A stretch of 32,000 nucleotides of DNA, from assembly GCA_001509345.1 (NCBI GenBank), contig LGGM01000013.1, positions 846 through 32,845 on the forward strand, in the 5' to 3' direction. Within the stretch, counting starts at the first letter, position 1. Each line of letters opens with the position of its first letter. Under the pieces are notes generated by a model. The model saw nothing but the letters and a program-made list of their open reading frames with translations. It ran no database searches and was not told where the DNA came from. The position numbers were made by a program, and so were the translations under genes. This document shows, in pieces, positions 16,911 through 24,819 of the stretch. The DNA comes from Clostridiales bacterium 38_11 (GTDB taxonomy: Bacteria; Bacillota; Clostridia; Tissierellales; Dethiosulfatibacteraceae).

Positions 16911-18857
16911 ATGGATAAGAAAAGATATTATATAACCACCGCCATAGCCTATACATCAGGAAAACCTCACATAGGCAATACATACGAAATAGTACTTGCT
17001 GACAGTATTGCCAGATTCAAGAGATTAGTGGGATATGATGTCTATTTTCAGACCGGTACTGATGAGCATGGTCAAAAAATAGAGCAAAAGGCTGCTGAGG
17101 CTGGCAAAAGTCCCCAGGATTTTGTTGACGGAATCGCTGCTGAAATAAAAAGAACATGGGATCTGATGAACACTTCCTATGACAGATTTATTAGGACCAC
17201 CGAATCAGATCATAAAAGAATAGTACAAAAGATATTCAGAAAGCTTTATGAACAGGGAGATATATACAAAGGGCAATATGAGGGCTGGTATTGTACACCT
17301 GATGAGTCTTTTTACACTGAAGGTCAGTTGATTGATGGTAAATGCCCTGATTGTGGTAGAGATGTATACAAAACCAAAGAAGAAGCCTATTTCTTTAAAC
17401 TGAGCAAGTATGCGGATACACTCATTGAACACATAGAAAAAAACCCACAATTCATACAGCCCGAGTCCAGAAAAAATGAAATGATCAATAATTTTCTGAA
17501 GCCTGGATTACAAGATCTGTGCGTTTCAAGGACATCGTTCAAATGGGGCATACCCGTTGATTTTGAGGAGGGACATATTATTTACGTATGGATTGATGCC
17601 CTATCAAACTATATTACAGGACTTGGATTTGACACCGAGGGAAATCATGGAGAATTGTTCCAGAAGTATTGGCCTGCCGATGTACATTTGATTGGCAAGG
17701 ATATTCTAAGATTCCACACAATTTATTGGCCGATTATGCTTTTAGCTTTGGGCGTCGAATTGCCTAAACAAGTATTTGGTCATCCCTGGTTGTTGGTTGG
17801 AGAAGGAAAGATGAGCAAATCCAGGGGGAATGTCATATATCCTGATTTTCTGGTGGAGCACTTCGGAGTTGATGCGGTCAGATTTTTTGTTTTGCACGAG
17901 ATGCCTTTTGCCAATGACGGGACGATCACTTACGAACTATTGATTGAAAGAATTAATTCAGAGCTAGCCAATATTTTGGGCAATCTGGTTAACCGTACTG
18001 TAGCTATGGTCAACAAATATTTTGATGGTGAGATACTGGAACCAAAAGAGGTTGAGACTATAGACAGGGAACTGATAGATCTAGCACTTAGTATACCGGA
18101 ACATGTAATGACAAAAATGGATAGTCTTAAAGTATCTGACTCCATAGATGAAATTTTCAAACTATTAAGGCGAAGCAACAAATATATTGATGAAACCACA
18201 CCTTGGTTATTGGGTAAAGATGAAAATAAAAAAGATAGATTGGCGACCGTATTGTATAATCTATTGGAATCCATCAGATTTGCTGCAGTCATGCTTTCTC
18301 CTTATCTACCTGAGACGTCAGAAAAGATTTTCGAACAGATCAATAGCAATTTGAAGACCTGGGAGAGCCTAAAGACCTTTGATGGCACCATTGTTGGCAG
18401 CAAGGTCAACAAACCGGAAATTCTATTTAGCAGGATTGATACCAGGAAGAAGCTTCTTGAACTGTCAGGTGAAAAAGAGGAACCAAAAGTAAAAAATGAA
18501 AAACAAGAACCCAAAAAAGACAAAAGTGCAAAAGAGGAAATATCTATTGACGATTTTGCTAAATTGGATTTGAGACTGGCTGAAATTGTATCGTGCAAAG
18601 CACATCCCGCCGCCGATCGGTTGTTGGTGTTGCAATTGAAAGTGGGGGATGAAAAAAGACAGGTCGTATCAGGCATCGCCAAGTGGTATAAACCTGAAGA
18701 GCTTGTTGGCAAAAAGGTTGTCATGGTTTACAATCTAGCCCCGATAGAGTTAAGGGGAATCGAGTCTCAGGGTATGATTCTTGCGGCTTCGAGAGGTAAA
18801 AAACTTTCACTGGTATCAACTTTAGAAGATCTAATAGATGGATCAATAATAACTTAA
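16911..18857 (+). CDS. metG: methionyl-tRNA synthetase with C-terminal tRNA-binding (Trbp111/EMAP-like) domain
   Basis: The HIGN class I signature (YTSGKPHIGNTYE) and KMSKS are both present. The zinc-knuckle region is CPDCGRDV. The C-terminal OB domain is DFAKLDLRLAEIVSCKAHPAADRLLVLQLKVGDEKRQVVSGIA. Confidence 0.95.
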   Translation: MDKKRYYITTAIAYTSGKPHIGNTYEIVLADSIARFKRLVGYDVYFQTGTDEHGQKIEQKAAEAGKSPQDFVDGIAAEIKRTWDLMNTSYDRFIRTTESDHKRIVQKIFRKLYEQGDIYKGQYEGWYCTPDESFYTEGQLIDGKCPDCGRDVYKTKEEAYFFKLSKYADTLIEHIEKNPQFIQPESRKNEMINNFLKPGLQDLCVSRTSFKWGIPVDFEEGHIIYVWIDALSNYITGLGFDTEGNHGELFQKYWPADVHLIGKDILRFHTIYWPIMLLALGVELPKQVFGHPWLLVGEGKMSKSRGNVIYPDFLVEHFGVDAVRFFVLHEMPFANDGTITYELLIERINSELANILGNLVNRTVAMVNKYFDGEILEPKEVETIDRELIDLALSIPEHVMTKMDSLKVSDSIDEIFKLLRRSNKYIDETTPWLLGKDENKKDRLATVLYNLLESIRFAAVMLSPYLPETSEKIFEQINSNLKTWESLKTFDGTIVGSKVNKPEILFSRIDTRKKLLELSGEKEEPKVKNEKQEPKKDKSAKEEISIDDFAKLDLRLAEIVSCKAHPAADRLLVLQLKVGDEKRQVVSGIAKWYKPEELVGKKVVMVYNLAPIELRGIESQGMILAASRGKKLSLVSTLEDLIDGSIIT

Positions 18858-18870
18858 ACAGGAGAGAAGT

Positions 18871-19395
18871 ATGAATTTATTTTATCAAGGACTACTATTG
18901 TTTGGTGTGGTTATATTCTTTTATAACATCAAGAACAAAATTGTAAACAGGAGAGAGAGAGGGAAAGTGCTATATACACTCTTGCTGGATAACAGAACAA
19001 TGAACCTTGTAAGTGTTGTGGTAATCATGATGTTGATTATGATGGGTTATTCGTTATATGGAAGACATTTGGCAGGGGAAGTGATTACTGAAATTGAAAT
19101 CACACAATTCTTGGCCACTTTGGTACTGTTCTTGGCTGTCTCCATTAATTCACTGAGTAGGACTACTATAACAGAAGCGGGTATTATCAAAAACAACATT
19201 CTTATCAGATGGGAAGCCATAAAAAGAATTGAGTGGACAAGCTTCAACAATAAAACCTGCAAGCTTGTGATAGATTACAACTCACCAAAAAGGGCAAGCA
19301 TAGTTAAAATCACAGTAAAAGAAGATAGAACAGAAAAAGATACGGTAACATCACTTATTAAGCAATATCGAAAGTCATCAAAAAAGAAAAAGTAG
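18871..19395 (+). CDS. hypothetical membrane protein (3 TM helices plus about 75-aa soluble C-terminal domain with a Lys-rich tail)
   Basis: Good RBS (AGGAGAG). It starts 13 nt after metG and ends 8 nt before tatD. I recognise no motif. Confidence 0.55.
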   Translation: MNLFYQGLLLFGVVIFFYNIKNKIVNRRERGKVLYTLLLDNRTMNLVSVVVIMMLIMMGYSLYGRHLAGEVITEIEITQFLATLVLFLAVSINSLSRTTITEAGIIKNNILIRWEAIKRIEWTSFNNKTCKLVIDYNSPKRASIVKITVKEDRTEKDTVTSLIKQYRKSSKKKK

Positions 19396-19403
19396 GTGTT
19401 TAA

Positions 19404-20171
19404 ATGCTAGTAGATAGTCATGTACATCTGGATGACGAAAGATTTGACAAAGACAGGGAAAAATTGATAGAGAGATTTGAGAAAGACGGAATAAGCTATG
19501 TTTTACATGCGGCTTATGACCTTCAATCCTCTGTAAAAGCTGTCAATGCCTCAGAGAAATTCGAGCAAATTTATGCGTCTGTCGGTTACCATCCCCATGA
19601 TGCGAAAGATGTGACAGAAGAATCTCTACAGATCATCAGATCCTTGACCAAGAAAAGTAAGGTAGTTGCTATTGGGGAAATCGGCCTCGATTACCACTAT
19701 GACCATTCGCCCAAAGACATACAAAAAAAATGGTTTATCGAACAGATTCGAATGGCAAAAGAGCTTGATATGCCTTATATTGTCCATGATAGAGAAGCTC
19801 ATGGAGATATATACAACATAATGAAAACAGAAAAATATTCCGGAACAAGAGGTATCTTGCATTGCTACTCTGGAAATGTCGAACTGGCAAGAGAATTCAT
19901 CAAGATGGGATTCTTGATTTCATTGGCAGGACCAATCACATTCAGCAATGCCAGAAAAACTAAGGAAGTCGCAAAAGAAATACCGCTTGAGCATTTACTT
20001 ATAGAGACTGATTCGCCATATCTGACACCTGCACCGTTTAGAGGCAAAAGAAATGAGCCATCGTATGTGAGATATGTGGCCCAGGAAATAGCTAGTATCA
20101 AGGAGGTTTCCTTTGAGTCGGTAGCTAAAGCCACCACTGACAATTTTAAAAGACTGTTTAAGATAACGTAA
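19404..20171 (+). CDS. tatD: TatD-family metal-dependent hydrolase (YabD-like)
   Basis: DSHVHLDD, the GEIGLDYHY region, HDREAHGD, HCYSG and ETDSPYLTPAPFRGKRNEPSYV are present. The position after metG matches conserved Firmicute synteny. Confidence 0.9.
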   Translation: MLVDSHVHLDDERFDKDREKLIERFEKDGISYVLHAAYDLQSSVKAVNASEKFEQIYASVGYHPHDAKDVTEESLQIIRSLTKKSKVVAIGEIGLDYHYDHSPKDIQKKWFIEQIRMAKELDMPYIVHDREAHGDIYNIMKTEKYSGTRGILHCYSGNVELAREFIKMGFLISLAGPITFSNARKTKEVAKEIPLEHLLIETDSPYLTPAPFRGKRNEPSYVRYVAQEIASIKEVSFESVAKATTDNFKRLFKIT

Positions 20172-20176
20172 TAGGA

Positions 20177-20211
20177 ATCATCCCAATGTATTATCTGTTG
20201 GGATGATTTTT
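20177..20211. terminator. hairpin shared by convergent tatD and nitrilase genes
   Basis: A 10-bp stem, ATCATCCCAA (20177-20186) with TTGGGATGAT (20198-20207), is followed by TTTT. The 3' arm lies inside the last codons of the minus-strand CDS, whose stop is at 20191-20193. Confidence 0.75.
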
Positions 20212-21543
20212 CTTTTCTCTAAGCTCATAAAGATCAATCCTTCTATTTTTGAGAAGTGTCACTGTACCAGTCTTTCTAGACCGTTTTAGTAGCTCCAAAT
20301 CCAGATCACCCACCATAACCATTTCTATATTAGGGGTACACTCAGCCATAATCCCATCTCTTGGAAATGAAAAATCTGACGGGGTAAAAATAGCAGATTG
20401 AGCATATTGAATATCTATATTCTCCACATGTGTCAGATTGCCAACTGTACCGGCAATTACCGTGTAAATCTGATTTTCAACAGCCCTTGCCTGGGCACAG
20501 TATCTTACTCTCAGATATCCTTGTCTCTCATCTGTACAGAATGGCGTAAATATGATGTTGGCTCCTTTTTCTGTAACAAGCCTGGCCAATTCAGGGAACT
20601 CGATGTCATAGCAGATAAGGATTGATATTTTACCGCAATCCGTATCAAACACCTTTATTTCATCTCCTGTCGAGATCCCCCACCATTTCTGTTCATTGGG
20701 CGTGATGTGAATTTTGTATTGTTTTTCTATAGTTCCATCTCTTCTAAATAAATAAGCGATATTGTATATATTGCCTGCTTCCTCCACAAAATGTGAACCA
20801 CCTATAATATTCACGTTATATTTTACAGCAAAATCAGTAAAAATTTGAATATATTGTTCTGTAAATGTTGCAAGTTTTCGGATAGACCGGCTGGGTGTAT
20901 CCTGATCTATGAATGATAGCAACTGTGTCGTGAATATTTCCGGGAACACAACAAAGTCTGATTTGTAGTTAGAACCAACATCTACGTAGTATTCACACTG
21001 ATGCGCAAACTCCTTGAATGAATTGATTTTTTTCATCATGTATTGCACCACACATATGCGAACCGGAAAAGCGGTTTTAAAGTGTCTTTTGCTTGGTGGG
21101 CTGTATTCGATGTTGTTCCATTCCATCAATGTCGCATATTCCAATGAAGCCTTGTCCTCCGGTAAATATTTTTTGATGATTCTTTTCAATACAAAACCAT
21201 TATGGATCTGAAAGGTAAGAATAGGATCATATATATTGTGCATCATGACCTCTTCAGCATATTTTTTGGGAGTCAAATCATTGGCATACTGATAATAATT
21301 GGGAATTCGTCCACCTATTACGATGCTCTCCAGGTTCAATTTCTGTACAAGTGCTTTTCTGGCATTGTAAAGCCTCTTACCCACCTTCATATTTCTGTAA
21401 TCAGGATGGGTCATCACTTCCATCCCATATAGGTTGCTACCTTCCGGATCATGATTGGTGATATAACCCCGATCTGTTATCTCATCCCATGAATGCTGAT
21501 CGTCATATTCATCAAATGTCACAATCAAACTGGAAGTTGACAT
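20191..21543 (-). CDS. carbon-nitrogen hydrolase (nitrilase superfamily) with a 5'-truncated GNAT domain
   Basis: The C-terminal nitrilase fold carries the Glu-Lys-Cys triad contexts VVFPEIFT, YKIHITPNE and ILICYDIEFPE. The N-terminal part holds only the distal half of a GNAT domain (motif A YRNMKVGKRLY). See the 21525-21650 remnant. Confidence 0.8.
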   Translation of the reverse strand: MSTSSLIVTFDEYDDQHSWDEITDRGYITNHDPEGSNLYGMEVMTHPDYRNMKVGKRLYNARKALVQKLNLESIVIGGRIPNYYQYANDLTPKKYAEEVMMHNIYDPILTFQIHNGFVLKRIIKKYLPEDKASLEYATLMEWNNIEYSPPSKRHFKTAFPVRICVVQYMMKKINSFKEFAHQCEYYVDVGSNYKSDFVVFPEIFTTQLLSFIDQDTPSRSIRKLATFTEQYIQIFTDFAVKYNVNIIGGSHFVEEAGNIYNIAYLFRRDGTIEKQYKIHITPNEQKWWGISTGDEIKVFDTDCGKISILICYDIEFPELARLVTEKGANIIFTPFCTDERQGYLRVRYCAQARAVENQIYTVIAGTVGNLTHVENIDIQYAQSAIFTPSDFSFPRDGIMAECTPNIEMVMVGDLDLELLKRSRKTGTVTLLKNRRIDLYELREKKNHPNR

Positions 21544-21650
21544 TTAGGGAAACACAATTTTTGGAGTGCGATGATTTCATCAAAATCATTCTGTTTGATT
21601 GTTCTCACTATCATCTTTTTTTCAAATTTGGTTAAATCAATGTCTGACAT
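21525..21650 (-). pseudogene. 41-codon ORF encoding the orphaned N-terminus (beta1-alpha1) of the GNAT domain of the downstream gene
   Basis: The minus strand reads AAGGAG-N9-ATG, then MSDIDLTKFEKKMIVRTIKQNDFDEIIALQKLCFPKCQLPV*. The MIVRTIKQNDFDEIIALQKLCFP segment looks like a GNAT N-terminus. It is in a different frame from the 20191-21543 CDS and overlaps its first codons. Confidence 0.5.
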
Positions 21651-21727
21651 TAAGTATTTCTCCTTGATACGTATTTGCTATTGTTAATCGATAGGTTATT
21701 ATATAATGAAAATGCATTTGATTATGG

Positions 21728-22618
21728 CTATAACCTTTGAGCGGACTCGGATAATCGATTCAATTCATTGGCAATCAGCGCAAAATCATGAATACTTAAT
21801 TTTTCACCTCTAATAGCTGGGTTAAAGCCCAGCTTTGTTATGATAGCCAACAGTTCATCTTTTTTGATTTCGGGAACTGTGCCTGAAACAGAGTTGACAA
21901 GTGTCTTTCTTCTTTGCCCAAATGCACCTTTGACAAGTTTGAAAAATAAATTTTCATCATCTAATTGGACGGGTGGGTGCTCATGCAATTTCATCACTAT
22001 GACAGCAGAATCCACTTTTGGTTGAGGAATAAAAACAATACTGGGAACAATAAAAGCTAATTTGGTGTCAGCAAAATATCGGATTACAACCGTTATGGAT
22101 CCATAGTCTTTCGAACCTGGCAAAGAACTAAATCTATTGGCGACTTCTTTCTGAACCATAACCGTAATTGAGTTAAGAGGCAGCCTTTCTTCAAGCAACC
22201 TCATGACAATGGGCGTCGTGATGTAATAGGGTATATTGGCTACAACCTTGACTTTTTCCTTTAAAAAGTGATCATTGAATAGCTTGATTAGGTCAACTTT
22301 CATAAAATCATCATAAATCAGCGTCAGATTGTTATATGGCAAGGTTTCGTGATGGATCGCCTCCAATTGACGGTCTATTTCGATGGAAACCACTTTTTTT
22401 GCTTTTTCACACAAATGCTGGGTTAGGGTACCGATTCCAGGTCCTATTTCAAGCACGTTATCATCTTTGTTGATCTCAGCTGCATTGCAAATATTATCGA
22501 TTACATCGCCGTCAATCAAAAAATTCTGACCAAGGCCTTTTGTCAGGTGAAATTTATATTTCTTAAGAACATCTTTTGTTATTCTTGGTATATGCAATTT
22601 ATCGCTCATTTGCATCAT
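21728..22618 (-). CDS. rsmA: 16S rRNA (adenine1518/1519-N6)-dimethyltransferase
   Basis: KKYKFHLTKGLGQNFL, the SAM motif VLEIGPGIGTLT and VANIPYYITTPI are present. The start could instead be the ATG at 22609. It overlaps the rnmV 3' end. Confidence 0.93.
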   Translation of the reverse strand: MMQMSDKLHIPRITKDVLKKYKFHLTKGLGQNFLIDGDVIDNICNAAEINKDDNVLEIGPGIGTLTQHLCEKAKKVVSIEIDRQLEAIHHETLPYNNLTLIYDDFMKVDLIKLFNDHFLKEKVKVVANIPYYITTPIVMRLLEERLPLNSITVMVQKEVANRFSSLPGSKDYGSITVVIRYFADTKLAFIVPSIVFIPQPKVDSAVIVMKLHEHPPVQLDDENLFFKLVKGAFGQRRKTLVNSVSGTVPEIKKDELLAIITKLGFNPAIRGEKLSIHDFALIANELNRLSESAQRL

Positions 22619-23159
22619 CTAGTTTCTTTAAGGCTTTTTGAAACTCATCCCTTGTTATGCTATAGTGGTTAAGTCTTTTCAAAAGCTGTTTGGCTGAGCA
22701 GTAGCCAATACCAAGGGATTCAGCTAAAATTCTTCTTTTTTTAGATGCACTTGAAGTTCCGTTCAATCCATTTTTATAGAGGTCTTTTTCTGTAAAAACA
22801 TCACTAGTATTATCTGAAACAGCTTTAGCATTCATCAACGCTTCAATGATTGCCTCAGGTGCTGCATTTTCTACACCGATATTATTGCGCTTTTTAGCAT
22901 TCTCTTTCGGTATATGGGCATGCTTCAGATTCTTGATTTCATTGTTAAGCATTTGTCGTATCTTGTTGCCCGGGAAATCGGGATCAGTCAAAACAATGAC
23001 ACCCTGTTTCTCAGATGCTGATTTGATGAGACTCAATATTTTCTGATTTAGCCCCAAACCGCTGGTGGATATTACTTCCGCATCAACAGCAGCCTTGACA
23101 GCTGATATATCGTCTTTTCCTTCCACAACAATTATTTCTTTTATTCTATATTTGCTCAT
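22599..23159 (-). CDS. rnmV: ribonuclease M5 (Toprim domain)
   Basis: IKEIIVVEGKDDISAVK and VLTDPDFPGNKIR are Toprim motifs. I moved the start to the ATG at 23159 (MSKYR), which has AGGAG at the correct spacing. Confidence 0.9.
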   Translation of the reverse strand: MSKYRIKEIIVVEGKDDISAVKAAVDAEVISTSGLGLNQKILSLIKSASEKQGVIVLTDPDFPGNKIRQMLNNEIKNLKHAHIPKENAKKRNNIGVENAAPEAIIEALMNAKAVSDNTSDVFTEKDLYKNGLNGTSSASKKRRILAESLGIGYCSAKQLLKRLNHYSITRDEFQKALKKLDDANER

Positions 23160-23223
23160 TATAGCTCCTAATCTCATATTCTACTCTATTATAGTTAATA
23201 TAAACAAATAATACCAATAATAT

Positions 23224-23253
23224 TTGATTTAAAAAACTAAACTGTAGTATACT
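23224..23253 (+). promoter_or_regulatory. candidate sigma-A promoter for the HAD-sirtuin pair
   Basis: TTGATT (23224-23229), an 18-nt spacer, then TATACT (23248-23253). The -10 is embedded in a 12-bp perfect palindrome, GTAGTATACTAC (23244-23255). Confidence 0.45.
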
Positions 23254-23284
23254 ACCCATATAACACTATAATCGAGGGAATAGA

Positions 23285-23923
23285 ATGAAATATAAATATG
23301 TCATCTTTGATTTCGACGGCACCTTGGCAGATACAGAGGATATAAACTTCACAATTTATCTGGATTTGGCAGATAAATACAAGCTTAAAAAGATTTCCAA
23401 AAGTGATATGGGAAGCCTAAAAAAGATGAGTGCTTTTGATTTGATAGATTATCTTGATATAAAGAAAAGGAATATACCGGCAATGATTCGGTTTGGAAGA
23501 AAAATACTGCATGGTAGCATTGAAAATATAGATATGTGCAAGCCAACTATAGCAGAGGTTATGTTAAAACTCAAGGATAACGATATTATTTTGGGTATTC
23601 TGACATCCAATTCTAAAAAAAACGTCAACAAATTTATTGAAAAACACCAGCTTATGATGTTTACTTTTATCGAAAATTCGGGAATGTTTGGGAAAGAGAG
23701 AGTCTTTCAGAAGCTATTGAGAAGGTATAACATCAATAAAGATGAGGTGCTATATGTAGGCGATGAGATTCGTGATATAACAGCCACAAAAAATATCGGG
23801 ATTGATATCGCATCTGTGGACTGGGGATATAATTCCCGAGATGGGCTGGAAAAGAATAAACCAAAATATCTGATCAGTGAACCGGAAGAACTTCTCGAAA
23901 TATGCTTGAACCATAAGGAGTAA
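23285..23923 (+). CDS. HAD-superfamily hydrolase, subfamily IA (phosphatase-like)
   Basis: Motif I is VIFDFDGTLADT, motif II is ILTSN and motif IV is VGDEIRD. The product is 212 aa. Confidence 0.85.
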   Translation: MKYKYVIFDFDGTLADTEDINFTIYLDLADKYKLKKISKSDMGSLKKMSAFDLIDYLDIKKRNIPAMIRFGRKILHGSIENIDMCKPTIAEVMLKLKDNDIILGILTSNSKKNVNKFIEKHQLMMFTFIENSGMFGKERVFQKLLRRYNINKDEVLYVGDEIRDITATKNIGIDIASVDWGYNSRDGLEKNKPKYLISEPEELLEICLNHKE

Positions 23924-23926
23924 AAC

Positions 23927-24661
23927 GTGAATAAAATTGGAGAATTAAGAGAAATCATCAAACAAAGCAACAATATTGTGTTTTTCGGAGGAGCAGGCGT
24001 CTCTACAGAAAGCAATATACCTGATTTCAGATCCGCCAAAGGTCTGTACAACGCAAAATCCGAGTATGGTTATTCTCCTGAGGATATGTTGAGTATCAAT
24101 TTTTTCTTGAAGCATACAGCTATTTTTTATGATTACTACAGGAAAAACATTTTACATACCGACGCAGAACCGAATGACGCTCATTTGGCGCTTGCCAAGC
24201 TTGAAAGAATTGGCAAGTTGAAGGCAGTCATAACACAGAATATCGATGGTCTTCATCAAAAAGCAGGGAGCAAAGAGGTGTTGGAGCTTCATGGAACGGT
24301 CTCCAGACACTTTTGCATGAACTGTAAGTCATCCTATTCATGGATGGATGTGGAGAATGCTGAAGGAGTCCCGATATGCAATATATGTAGTGGAACTATA
24401 CGTCCAGATATAGTTCTATATGGGGAAGCATTAGATAATGATGTCATCGGGAAATCAGTGGATTATATAGAGAAAGCGGATACTTTGATCATTGGAGGAA
24501 CCTCACTTGTGGTTTACCCGGCAGCTGGACTGATTACTTATTTTAAAGGGAAAAATCTGATTTTAATCAATAGGGAGGGCACCCCCTATGATGGTAAAGC
24601 AAATCTGGTTATAAATGAATCAATTGGGAAAGTTCTAAAAAAAGCTCTCGAAGAACTTTAA
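23927..24661 (+). CDS. cobB: NAD-dependent protein deacylase, SIR2 family (SrtN/CobB-like)
   Basis: GAGVSTESNIPDFRS, ITQNIDGLH, the catalytic ELHG and a Zn ribbon (CMNC...CNIC) are present. The start is a GTG, with AAGGAG at 23914-23919, 3 nt after the HAD gene stop. Confidence 0.9.
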   Translation: MNKIGELREIIKQSNNIVFFGGAGVSTESNIPDFRSAKGLYNAKSEYGYSPEDMLSINFFLKHTAIFYDYYRKNILHTDAEPNDAHLALAKLERIGKLKAVITQNIDGLHQKAGSKEVLELHGTVSRHFCMNCKSSYSWMDVENAEGVPICNICSGTIRPDIVLYGEALDNDVIGKSVDYIEKADTLIIGGTSLVVYPAAGLITYFKGKNLILINREGTPYDGKANLVINESIGKVLKKALEEL

Positions 24662-24719
24662 AGCGAATTAAAATATTAAAATTAACAAATAATATTCGCG
24701 TTTAAATATTTTTTGTTTA

Positions 24720-24748
24720 TTGTCTGCGGACAAACATTTTCCTATAAT
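24720..24748 (+). promoter_or_regulatory. candidate sigma-A promoter upstream of the GS-like gene
   Basis: TTGTCT (24720-24725), a 17-nt spacer, then TATAAT (24743-24748). The -35 overlaps the palindrome TGTCTGCGGACA (24721-24732). Confidence 0.5.
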
Positions 24749-24819
24749 AAATTTACTTGTTAATACACGAAAGTTATGCTATTATAATAAACATAATTTT
24801 CAACTATAGGAGGGTAATT

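Noticed and set aside
19404-20171. TatD nuclease as part of a Qat-like defence cluster.
   Set aside because: It sits in the conserved metG-tatD (metS-yabD) housekeeping position. No QatA, QatB or QatC-like genes are nearby.
23927-24661. SIR2-domain protein as a possible anti-phage effector (Thoeris ThsA, DSR or SIR2-HerA type).
   Set aside because: It is a compact 244-aa canonical sirtuin with an intact Zn ribbon and the GAGVSTESxIPDFRS/ELHG motifs. It has no SLOG, TIR, HerA or other partner domains or genes, and its context is housekeeping.
24662-24819. GlnR/TnrA operator (TGTNA-N7-TNACA) or a glutamine riboswitch upstream of the GS-like gene.
   Set aside because: The closest candidates (TGTCT-N7-AACAT and TGTTA-N7-AAAGT) fail the consensus at key positions. 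The region is short and AT-rich, and I see no conserved riboswitch-like helices.
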